Source: Selaginella moellendorffii (taxonomy: Eukaryota; Plantae; Lycopodiophyta). From it: 64,000 bases of DNA. Positions 12,771 to 23,937 of the stretch are shown in pieces. The translations under genes were made by a program, and so were the position numbers. Position 1 is the stretch's first letter. Each line of letters begins with the position of its first letter. A model generated the notes under the pieces. That model was not told where the DNA came from, made no database searches, and worked only from the letters and a program-made list of their open reading frames with translations. The stretch spans positions 662,774 to 726,773 of the forward strand of contig NW_003314264.1 of NCBI RefSeq assembly GCF_000143415.4, written 5' to 3'.

Positions 12771-15299
12771 TCTGAAAGTGCAGAAAAGAAGTTAAAACCA
12801 TACAAAAAATGATTGGAGAATGGCCTAAATCATAACATACCAAACAACCTCAATAGCATGAGGCCACATGCCATTATTCAAACATGCTATTGACACCCAC
12901 GTGAAATTTTGCATTCACAAAATTGGCATGAGGCCTTATGCCATCTTGATATACACACAGCTGCAGGCAAGTAAAAACATACATGACAATACGCTAGCCA
13001 TGAAATTGCAAGGGCCCAAGATGGCATGTGGCCTCATGCCATTTCTAAATGTGGTCCTAAGCCATTCCATGGTGAACATACCAGGAAGCACAATTGCCGA
13101 ATATCAAGAGGAAGCGGTAGCCACACCAAAGACAGTGCCGCTTGCAACACCGCAACTACTCGTAGCGCCGCTCGCAACACCGCAACTGCTTGTAGCGCCG
13201 CTCGCACAAACTGCCACTCGCATAAACTGCCGCTCGCAATGGCGCTCACAATGCCGCAACCGCTTATAGACGCATAAACCACAACTCACAACGCCGCTTA
13301 CACAAGCAGCGCTCACTGCGCTCAGCGGAACCAAGAACACGGCGCACAAAAATGATAGACCTAGGAATGAGTTCAAGAATTCAAAAATAACACACGCTTG
13401 AACGTCACATCAAATCCTCTGACAAACCAGATCTTATGATTCCTCTGACAAATTTCAAACTGAGTAGCTTCTAGACTTTGCTGTCGGAGGTTGAACTTTG
13501 TCACATCATGTCCTTGCCTCGATCCAGCTATGCCATGTCAGTGATTCGAACTTTGCCATGCCATGTCAGCGATCCGCGCCAAGATTATTCGCCGTGTAAA
13601 GGAATAATTATGCTGTGTGTGTACGTCCATTTATGGCAATATAAGGCCACACGCCATTCAAAGAATAATGCTAGTCGAGCATTTTTTGGTGCATTTTTGG
13701 GTTCAAAATTGCATGAGCCCACACGCTATAAAGTTTACCTGTACCAAAAATAGAAACAGCTTTATTTACTTGGGAATTTAAGTGGTTGAGGCATTTTTAA
13801 ACTTACAAACACATGCCCTACTTACATTCCTTTGGTTGCTTAAAATTCAAAAATATTATAAACCTTTCTTTTTGCATTTTCAATGTTTTCAATTATGGTT
13901 TTTGATTTTCGTAGGACCAGCCTAGTAATCTATTTGCATCCCGTCATGTTTATAGCTAGCTTTAGTTTGTCCCCTTCGCTAGCCTGAGATACATCTGCTC
14001 GGCATCTGCCTCTTACAGCATTTGCCCAGAAAGGGCATCTTTCTTCACGCAGCATTTGCCACATGTTTAGGGTTTAGGGTTTAGCAATTCAGTAGCTTGA
14101 TAAACATGCAGATACAGAACTTGATGCAAAATCCTTGATATGTCACAATGCCCCTAGGACCATAAACACATTTCAATAGAGAGGGTCTTTTCATTTCATA
14201 ACTCCTTACGTAGATCTTGGTGAAACCAGAGTTAGTAAAGTTGGTTTCTTGTGATCCCGCATCTGATTATGATGTCCCTTTGCAATGTCGATGGAAAGGT
14301 CAATGCACACCAAACTGTAAAATCTTGGAGCAAAATAACGGTCGGATCAATGGCAAATGCCCCTGAAACATTGTAAGGCTCGTGTGGTCTCATGTGGTGT
14401 CCGATCGAGATGCTTCTTTGCAGGGTCATCAAGAAAGACATTGTATACCATTCTGTAAAATCTAGTTGCGATCTAACAGTTGGATCTCCAGAAAACTCAA
14501 AAAAATCTCGCGCGTGTCAGAATATTCTAGGAATATACTCCTATGTGCCCCTAAAATTGGCATGCGGCCCCACGCCATTCAAGAGATAACGCCAGATGAC
14601 GCCGAGCATTTTTTGGTGCATTTTTTGGGATCAAAATTGCATGAGCCCACACGCATGAACGTCACATCAAATCCTCTGACAAACCATATCTTAATTCCAT
14701 CTATAATTCCTCTAACAAATGGTATACATATAGCGAGGGTATTAAATGATATCCCAATCATGATCTTTCTTTTGGATTTCGCGTGCATGCAGTCCGAGGA
14801 ATGATGACGTTGCAGATTTCTTTTGGATTTCACGTGCATGCATGCGCGCGGCGATCCAGAAATTAATGGTGGCGCCCAAGTCCGAGGAATGATGATGTTG
14901 CGGGATTACCAACCGTCGTGACATTTCGCGCGTGTGAGGTTAGGTTTTGCATCGTACTCGCGCTCGCATCGCGCTCCCACTCGCGATCACGCTCACATTC
15001 GCGCTCATCTACCTTCTCTACAGGTTTCTCGTGTGCATCGGCGTCCACTCGCGCTTGCATCACATTCGCGCTCGTGTGCATCGGCATCCACTTCAAGACA
15101 CACCCAGTTTGTAACTTCGCCGCCAACTCCGCTGCCCACTCCGCCACCCACACGCAGCCCACTTGGCGTCCCGGGAGATTTCAGCGCCACTCTCCAACTG
15201 TAAGTGGCAGAGTAGCCTTGTTGCTACGATCCGCTGCACACACAGTGCACATTCGCCAGTGAGTCCGGCCTTGATTGTCACGCCTCCATTCGGCTTCAA
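12771..15299. promoter_or_regulatory. Divergent intergenic/promoter region of E1
   Basis: Lies between the two ATGs; GC-rich short tandem repeats at both ends (13135-13330, 14770-15160); duplicated blocks (13401/14658, 13677/14604); central TTTAGGG tract; several palindromes. Confidence 0.6.
14066..14084 (+). repeat. Interstitial plant telomeric repeat (TTTAGGG)x2.7 / telobox
   Basis: TTTAGGGTTTAGGGTTTAG; equivalent tracts at 30853-30871 and 44154-44185. Confidence 0.85.
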
Positions 15300-18200
15300 A
15301 TGGTAAGTCTTTTAGGCCAAGTAGAAAATGGCATGAGGCCACATGCCATTCAGTAGCAACATTGGCATGCACTGATTGGGCTCTCGAGTGCAGTCCGGTT
15401 ACAGATGGCGTGTAGCCTCACACCATCTTAGGATGCAGCCTCAAGACATCTGATGTAGTGGTGAATGGCGTGTGGCCTCACGTTATTTCCAGCTGCTAGA
15501 TTTTCATCTGTCAGCTCTAATTGTTATGCATTTCTGAACAGGCGAGGAATTGTGTTCTTCTTCCAGCCACTGTCAATGTGGATGCAGAGAAGGGGGAGGA
15601 GCTCACCAGTTGGACTTTCGGGATGGAAGGCAAGGATCTGAGGCTGTACAACACAGATGGTGGGAGAAAAGAATGCATGAGGATCCTCATCCAAGTGACA
15701 GACACTCCATGCAGTTCCATGCAAGAATATGGACTGGCACTTGTGGTAGAGACAGCGTCCGCCTTCAAGATCCACCTTGCACATCCTAGTGGCTTCCCGG
15801 AGGGGGGCAGTGGCTATGAGGAATTCCTAGAGGGAGCTAGGGAGAGGTTGTCCAGGAGGCCCACAATTTCAAAGACGCTGCGGGTCTATGAAGATCACAT
15901 GGAATCCACGGACCTCACCTACGGCGATGTTCAAAAACTATATTCCAACATTGAGCCGTTGAGAGTGCCTCCAGTTCGCGAAGCGAAGGGGAAGGGGGTC
16001 GATCTGGAAACTACCCCGAAGCAGAAAAGGGTGGTCAAGCTCAAGCCGACGTCTGACTCTCCTGCTCCAAAAAAGAAGCTACTCGGTGATGCCATTGCCT
16101 CGGGTTCGAACACTACACCCACCTAAAAGAAGTGCCGCAAAGAGCAGAAAGAGCAAGAAGAGGCAGGAAAAATCATCGCAGATAATAGTACTTGTTACTA
16201 TTCCAACAAAGTATATACAATCGACGTGAGCCGTATCGACATCCAAAGCAAATACAACCACAGGCTAGTATCTGATGAGTGGGTGGAGAAACTGAAGCAG
16301 AAGATGCTGGCAAGTCCAGTAACACCCGACATCGCAGACGTGATCCCCTACTACCGAACAATAAAGGGCGAGACGAGGTTTCCAGACTTGATCAATAGGA
16401 AGGTGTTGGACGATCAAAACATCCGGTTCTATGCCGTCTCCAGGCAGCATTCTAGCTTGGTGATGCAAGAGATAGTTGTGGATATTATGGTGGGCGAGGA
16501 GGTGAAGAAAGTCTTCAAGACAAGAGTTGTCCGCCTGATAAAAGGCAACTCGCCCCTCCGATCTATCATATACATCTCCCACGCGCAGAATGTCAAGCAA
16601 GAAACGTGCTACAAATCGGGTCTGCACGAGACATTGGCACGAACACGGAAGCTCTGGGTTCAACTGAAGAAGCCACAAAAACCAGGACAAGGACGTGCAC
16701 TAGCAACTAGCGCCTGGCAGGTAAGCCTCGTTGCATGTGGCATAGCATGTGGCCTCACGCCATTTCCATTGCAGGAATTCTCGAGTCTTCTCTCGAAAAC
16801 ACTGGGGGTCAATGACACACTCAGCATCCATAACATTCTACTCGCGACAAAAGTTGTTTTTGACAAATGGGTAGATGTGCTAAGGAGGTACCATGACGGG
16901 GAGTTGCTAAACTCAATGGGTGTGGATGATGGCCGGAAGCCCAATGATTTGAAGCTCAATCCTTGCATTTCTCGCGGTCTCTAGACGACGACGACCTTCT
17001 GACAGTGGCTAATGCTCTTCTACTTGGTGAGGTAGTCTTCAACAAGACCAAAATGACTCCCGGCCATATTGTGACATACGAGGACTTGTGCACGACTCTG
17101 AGAGCTCGTGCGCTATTAAAGGATTGGATCTTCGAGCAAATGGCCGTGGAGAGGGTGAGCATCGACACCACGCAAGAGATGATGGAAGCGCTGGAGTTGT
17201 CAAATGAAGACATCGACGAGTACGTGAAGGGGGCCCCCAAGTTCATCAATCTGCTGCGGGATGCCACGAAAAGTAAATCTGAGAAGTTGGATCAGTATCC
17301 AAATTTCATTAAGAGGGATGTCGACCGCCAGCTTCAGAACAGCTCGACCCCGCAGCAGAGGCCTATCGAGAACCTTACCGGGTATACGTGAATTCGGATG
17401 AGGATCAAAGGTGGAGGAGCATCCTTTCCCCGCGGAGATGAGCAAGTCTAGAACATCTTTTGTGTGATGGACTTCACAAACGAGGAGATCACTCATGCAG
17501 ACGAAGTCAGCTCCATCATTGACTTAATGGTGGGACTTGCGGAGGTGGAATCTTCAGTCCACTATATGATCTACGAGTTCGAATCCTATCACAAGTTCTG
17601 GAAGGCCTTGAACGAGGTGAAGGCTCGGTTGAAAGGCAAGGAGATGCGGGAGATCCATGGGATAATGGCTAAGAAAAAGATACCGACGAATGTCCTCATC
17701 TTCACACTCGCCCTTGTTATTGGTCCTGCAGCAGAGTGGGACTGGAGTGACTTCCCAGCTTCATTCGACAAGGCCGATCGAATTGATCTGAGGGAGGTCA
17801 ATTTACCCGTGCCTGAGGAACTGAAGATGGCTATAGAGCTTTCGAATCCAAAGAAAGCTCTAGGTGCAACATGGGAAATGCTCAGCTGGGTCTTCAACGC
17901 AATAGCGGGTGGGTCACCTGCTTCCGACTCCAAGGGCAAATGCATTGTTGAGTACAACTGCGGCGGACTATTCTTTCGAGCCGCACTACTCAAGGGTGTC
18001 CCGTGTGTTGCGGTGACAAACTCCATTGAAGAGGTGACTTCAATGGAGCATATAATTACAATTGCCAAAGAAAAACAATATCTTCTCTGCGAACCTGGTG
18101 AGTACGCACTTTAAGTTTAAATGTTATCTCACAAGCTCTGTATGCAGGAGCGTGGCCACCCCCAGATGCTGAAACAGCGTTAACAGCTACTGTTGAAGAT

Positions 18201-20927
18201 ACCCATGTTGGGCCGAGCTCACAACCTGCACAAGGTAAGGTAACGTGAGGCCTCACGCCATTTTGATTATAGATCGTTGTGAATATTCAGACACGAGGAC
18301 TGAAAAGCGCACTGGTGGCGCATCGAAGAAGGACAAACAGACAAGCAATAGGAAAAAAGGAGGTACAAATTATATTTGCAATGGCGTGTGGTCTCATGCC
18401 ATTCCTTGCAGGAGACACTTCTTCAAAGGCAAAACAGGCAAGCACCAACCAAGCTCAAACTGACAATGGTCATAAAAAGCGAAAGCACGTTGGACAGTCG
18501 TCGGGATCAGAGGCGTTTGATTCGAAAAGGAAGAAGGGCAACAAAAAGATGATAGGTAATGCCTCGCGGTTATGGCGTGTGTGCTCATGCCATTCATTGC
18601 AGATCAAGGGTTGAGTGAAAGCAACCAGTCACCACCTTCTGACTCAGATTCCTATGGCGGACTCCCCTTCCCCAATCTCAATGGAGAGGTACAATGGATG
18701 AGGGATGCTTTTCAAGTCAGGGCCACGTTTTTCTCATCTCGTCGTCTTCGAAGGGTGCAAGAACGTGCAGAAACCATGTTAAGACAGTCGGGTGAGGATA
18801 CGGTCCTAGGTCACGCACTAAAACAGGCTATGGATGTCTTGTATTTTGAGATGGAGACTCGGCCAGATGATTTTTCCAAGATGGTCCTAGAAGAACAAGC
18901 CATCTAGCCTGAGCAGCCTATGGAAGAAATGCAAGAGGGGGATGAGGAGCCAGAGAAAGATAATGAGCAGGAAGAGCAAAAGGACGAAGAGGAGGACAAA
19001 GAAGAGGAGGACGAAGAAGAGGAGGACGAAGAGGACTTCGATGGTCCTCACAATGGTGACGATCACAATAACGACGACGACAATGATGATGACGATGGCC
19101 AGCCTGAGGTGGCCAAAGAGCAGTGGAGGAAGGTCATACAAGACAAACCATCAGGTAAATAATAGTACATCCATTCCTAACCTTTTACCATTTCTAACAT
19201 TGTCCATGTAGGTCGCAGAGCAAATGGTAAGTAGAGATTATTCAGTTGAATTAAGATACAAACTCTAGCCTTTAGTGTCGAGGAAGGATAGTGCCAAGCA
19301 AGGGTCGAAACGTATGTCCAATCCTTCAGAATCAGCAGTGTGCCCAAGTGATATCGGTCCTAGTTCCTCAATAGCAATTGATGGTAAATACAGTATAGTC
19401 AATTCAATGTGCTAATGAGTTTGTTTTTAATAGCCAGTAGGGAGGATACCATCTCAATCGAAGGGAGATATTTGGACATGCATATGGATCCGCCAGTGGA
19501 CTCTACTTGCCTGCAAGAGTCATCAGAGCTGGTGGAGGCTACTATCCATATCAACGCCAAGCAAGCTGACCACGCTCCACTTGATGCTCCCATACCACTG
19601 AGTCAATCTTGTCCACGTATCCAACTGATGGTGACCAGGCGCCATTGGACCCGCATGAGGCTGCCCCAGCCACCGAGCCGGTCGTATCCTCATTTCCAAC
19701 GGACTCAACGTGTGCCCAATCGTCTGACTACGCACCATTGGAACCTCCCTACACCGCCCCTGCTGCCTGTTCGGTCATGTCCACTTTGCCAACGGAGGCA
19801 CCAGCTGAAATGGCGTGTGATCACACGCCATCAGAACCACCCCATGCCACTGTTGAGCCAGTTGTACCAGAGTCTACAGCTGAAATGGCATGTGCCCACA
19901 CGCCATCGGATGCGATTGACCCCACATTGCAGAGGAGAGTATTTCCGCCCTTCACGTTTCCTCGACTAAAACCCTCTCAACGACCATCGGGAGCACCATT
20001 CGCTAATATTATAGATGGTAAAATTGACTTGTACCATTTTTTATGCTGACGCATTTCATTTCAGAGTCACGGCGAAGGTACTGTATCGTTTTTTATCTGA
20101 ATGGTGTCTTTTTCTCCCATGAGCGTGGCTCGTCCTTGAATGTCACTGCACCCTCCAAAGCCTGCAGTCGCAAGTTGGTCAAAAGAGACAGATTCACATT
20201 AATCACACGGGAGAAACTACGGGATCTAATAATGACCATGCGACACTTAAAACAAAGGGCCGGGTTCAATTTGCAATTGGGAGTTTGGACATCCATGATG
20301 CGCCACAATGCATTAACGTTGCTACAGATGATGCACGATCAGATGCGAGTAATATTACCATTTGAATTTCTCCTAACGCAGGAGGATTGCTTGACTATGG
20401 TCCATGTGAGGGGTAGCAAGCCCATCTTCGTCAAGCCAGAGGCTGTAGTGATGAACCGGACTGCTAGGTCACTTGAAATCCTCATCATCGATGACTCACC
20501 GATTAAAACTGTAGCGAACACGCACACATATGCAGTGCACCCCATCTCTTGCAGTATGGAAACTAGGGAGAAGAAACCATATGTTCTGGGGGACCTTGCA
20601 AAACGGCTTGGAGCGATGGTGATAGAGAACCAACCAGTCTAGGAGGTGGCTGCAGAAATCAACCAAATGGCAGATGGAACGGTATATCAGAAGCCATTTG
20701 ATCGGACAGACACCAGTCATCATTTATGGCATGTATATTGTCTAGCCAAGCACTATCCGCATCTCCATAATCTGCTCAACCGGATGGGTTCTTCGACCAC
20801 TGAACATGAACGTGGACGTATTAGAGAAGAGATGGCATTACTATTGGGTTTAAATCCTGATAGTGTGGAGAGTGATGAAATTCCAAGATTATTGTATAGG
20901 CGTTGGAGGCAAAAAATAACAGTCTAA
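15300..20927 (+). pseudogene. E1 cargo gene, 11 exons, ~1640 aa (ParB-like / MTase-like / histone-fold-like / acidic / FCP1-like), disrupted
   Basis: ATG 15300; GT-AG introns 15303-15541, 16721-16774, 18098-18147, 18235-18290, 18363-18411, 18556-18602, 19155-19211, 19227-19275, 19384-19433 and 20018-20064 join the ORF pieces in frame. This copy has stops and frameshifts (e.g. 16124, ~16960, 18905, 20640). Confidence 0.75.
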
Positions 20928-21369
20928 GATGGCATGTATTTATTTAAAAATGTAACTTATTATGGCATGGGGTTCCATGCCATTGTATTAATATTAAAAG
21001 ACAATTCTTTGAGAGGATTTGCATTATACTAGAAGTGTTACAGCATGTTATTGGAAGTCTCCGAAGTTGTTTTATTAATAAGGGGAAAGTAAAGATTGAA
21101 TGGGGACTTGGGCTCCACCTAGACTCGGAGCAACTGAGCCAATATTAAAAGGATGGAAAGAAATTGGACAACGATGACAAGGAGAAGAGAGAGGTGAAGC
21201 AGTGGCAGGGGGAGGAGAAGTGATTGAGTAAACATTTCCTTGTTTAAAATAAAATGGCATGTGCCTTAATGCAGTTGAATTTTGTTATATTTATATACTA
21301 TATAAAGGTTTGGAAACCTTATTTTACAAGTGGGATAATGACAATTCCCACTTTAACGAAATAGAGCTT

Positions 21370-22075
21370 AAATGTAGAGATTGTTCTAAACACAATGGTG
21401 TTGGCCCCATATCTAAATTCTTAATCTAATACCATTCCATATTTAGTAAGTAAGTTTCAAGTTAGTCCTAGAGACTAACTCTTGGTACTGAGGATGGCTA
21501 AGCCAAAGCATGTGTTACTCAGGGGGAAGGGGGGGAGATATAGGGGATTCCAAATGTGTAATAGGGATAATGGGTAGGTCAAGCATGGCTGACCAACCTA
21601 AAGCATAATTTAGCTTACTTGCATGTTTGTCTTTGTTTTGCATTTGGCTTGGGTCTAAGCCCAAGTTCCACACCATGCTAGCTGGTAGAATACCCATATC
21701 TTCATGTTAGGCCACTGGTATGCTAAAATAATGCTAAAATTTATTTGGCTCCATTTTGTATGTTGGTCCTAGCATTGAGATGTTGAATGTTCTAGGATTG
21801 TTCCAAATCGCTCCATGCTCCTGCCCCTTTGCTCCTTGGGCTATACACTTGAGAGTTACTTCATATTTCAGTTCCTTCGCTCTTTAACTCCATGCTTAAG
21901 AGTTTGGTTCTGTTCTTTCATTCAATGGCCCAAGGCCTTGAAACTCAAGTTCCACCCTATTATTCTTTGGACATGTGGCCTGTGATATATGGCACATAAA
22001 GGGTTGAAGTTCCACTTCATAGTTATCCTATAGTAAATCATCATTAGATAATGGGTGAAAACCATGTGTGCTACA
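21370..22075 (+). mobile_element. LTR, right part (continuation after E1)
   Basis: Ends GTGTGCTACA, followed by PBS-like TTTTGTATCAAAG; homologous to the other LTR copies. Confidence 0.8.
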
Positions 22076-23496
22076 TTTTGTATCAAAGGATACATCTCAA
22101 TAAGTACTATCTAATGAGATTGGGCAACTAGTCTTATTGCATATGAAGAGATGAAAACAATGATCCAAATGGGTACATGTGTTTGAGTGCTAAGACTTCA
22201 CATTCGTTCCTTGGTTATGGATTTTGATTACTTTTTTGTACTAGATTGTGTGAGCTTGCTCTTGGGCTTATAAGATGGATTGAGGTGTACCATTTTGCAC
22301 AAGTTTGCGCTTGGGCTCGTGAGTGAGGCACATTAGCAACTCAAGTTTACACTTTGAGTTGGCAAGCTTAATGTTAACCTATTAATGGTTACCATAACCA
22401 TGGGTGAAAATAAACCTCTCCTACATTTGATAAAAGTGGTGAATAGGTTGGTCTGTAGTTGTTTAGTACAACATTAGTGGATCCTTCCTAGACATGATTA
22501 TAAGTGGATCAATCAAGACTATAGGAAATAATCTATTGGTTTAAATAGTCATTGCCATGCTCTCTTGTTAACTTTTCTTGGATTAGACTAAAAGTAGTGC
22601 AAATATAAGCTTGAGGTTTAATCAAGATAAGACCAAAAAGAGAGTTGTTAGGGATGAAGGATCAAACACGTAAATCATCTTTTCTTATTTGGAAATGATG
22701 GTCTTACAAGTGATGAGTTGTATGATGGATAGTGGGGAAGTGCTAAACTATTTTATCTAAGCTTGTTATTGAAGATTTAGGTAGCTTGAGTAGCTTGGTG
22801 TTGGATTAATTTTGAGTTTTGTTATAAAGATAGTGGTATAAGCTTATCTGTGTTGCGAACAAAAGTTAATGGTGTTAAGTGTTGTAAATCTCTATTGATG
22901 GGGTGTGGCATTTATGTTGCATTTTGTCAAATTAAATTGACATTTTGATACTGACATAAACCTTTGAAGTAATGACATGGGCATTGCTCGTGGTGTTGCT
23001 CAATTAATGATCAAGTTATTGTGACATTTATATCATATCCATGTGATCACGAGCAATGTGTTAACGAGTTGCTTGATTAAACAATGATCAACCCAAAGTG
23101 GTTGATGGTAAAGCTAGTTTATTTACATGTAGTAACATTGTAGTAGCTTTGATTGGATTTTCAATGGTGGTCTATTATGCTAAACTTGAGTTGGTACCTT
23201 GTTTCTTTCAGGGTTTGCCCATAAAGTGTTGGAAAGGGTTATAGCATTCATTTATTATGGCTTGTTAGTTTATCTGTTAGCACTTGGAATAGATTGTTAG
23301 ATGACGAAGGTGTGTAATTGAGGCATTAACATCGCTAGCACTTGTGTTAGTGGATTTTGAGTGATAAGAAATTTTCCTTAGATCTTGATTTTCCATATTA
23401 TTTTTTTTTGTTAGTGTTTTGGCTTCACATTGGATCTTAAAGGTGATTGGAGAAGAGTGTTAATACAATGTGAATATTCAAAGATATAGTCTTTGT
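22076..23496 (+). mobile_element. Second LTR-retroelement internal region, truncated at E2
   Basis: Collinear with 2905-~4950 but lacks the Cassandra insert; ends abruptly at the E2 TIR. Confidence 0.7.
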
Positions 23497-23937
23497 AAGC
23501 TCTATTTCGTTAAAGTGGGAATTATCATTATCCCACTTGTAAAATAAGGTTTCCAAACCTTTATATAGTATATAAATATAACAAAATTCAACTGCATTGA
23601 GGCACATGCCATTTTATTTTAAACAAGGAAATGTCTACTCAATTACTTCTCCTCCCCCTGCCACTGCTTCACCTCTCTCTTCTCCTTGTCATCGTCATCC
23701 AATTTCTTTCCATCCTTTTAATATTGGCTCAGTTGCTTCGAGTCTAGGTGGAGCCCAAGTCCCTATTCAATCTTACTTTCCCCTTATTAATAAAACAACT
23801 TCGTAGACTTCCAATAACATGCTGTAACACTTCTAGTATAATGCAAATCCTCTCAAAGAATTGTCTTTTAATATTAATACAATTGCATGGAACCCCATGC
23901 CATAATAAGTTACATTTTTAAATAAATACATGCCATC

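Larger units (their letters stand above)
8565..21275. repeat. Dispersed 22-bp palindrome family ATGGCRTG-N6-CAYGCCAT (~25 copies in E1, including degenerate ones; equivalent sites in E2 and E3)
   Basis: Copies start at 8565, 8882, 8971, 9491, 9571, 9731, 9877, 11219, 11276, 12853, 12923, 13021, 14557, 15328, 15405, 15465, 16742, 18240, 18381, 18572, 19810, 19885 and 20962; half-sites near 9381, 13639 and 21254. Confidence 0.93.
8339..21369. mobile_element. E1: 13.0-kb Sola-like DNA transposon with cargo gene (transposase on - strand)
   Basis: Perfect 24-bp TIRs AAGCTCTATTTCGTTAAAGTGGGA at 8339-8362 and 21346-21369; 4-bp TSD AAAT (8335-8338, 21370-21373) confirmed by the empty site in a paralogous LTR; encodes a DDD-type transposase. 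Confidence 0.92.

Noticed and set aside
12868-13376. 133-aa ORF with LATPQLLVAP repeats and its overlapping ORFs
   Set aside because: Produced by GC-rich 30-bp tandem repeats open in several frames; more likely promoter or 5' UTR.
14066-14084. Chromosome end or healed break
   Set aside because: The tract is short and at the same internal position in all three copies, so it is part of the element.
8565-21275. Palindromes as a CRISPR-like array
   Set aside because: Spacing is irregular (tens of bp to over 1 kb), copies lie in introns and CDS, intervening DNA is the same in all three element copies, and there are no cas-like genes.
8339-21369. Classification as CACTA, hAT, Mutator or Polinton
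   Set aside because: Ends are not CACTA, the TSD is 4 bp rather than 3, 8, 9 or 6, and there is no polymerase B or retroviral-type integrase; the catalytic motifs fit Sola/DUF7869-type enzymes.
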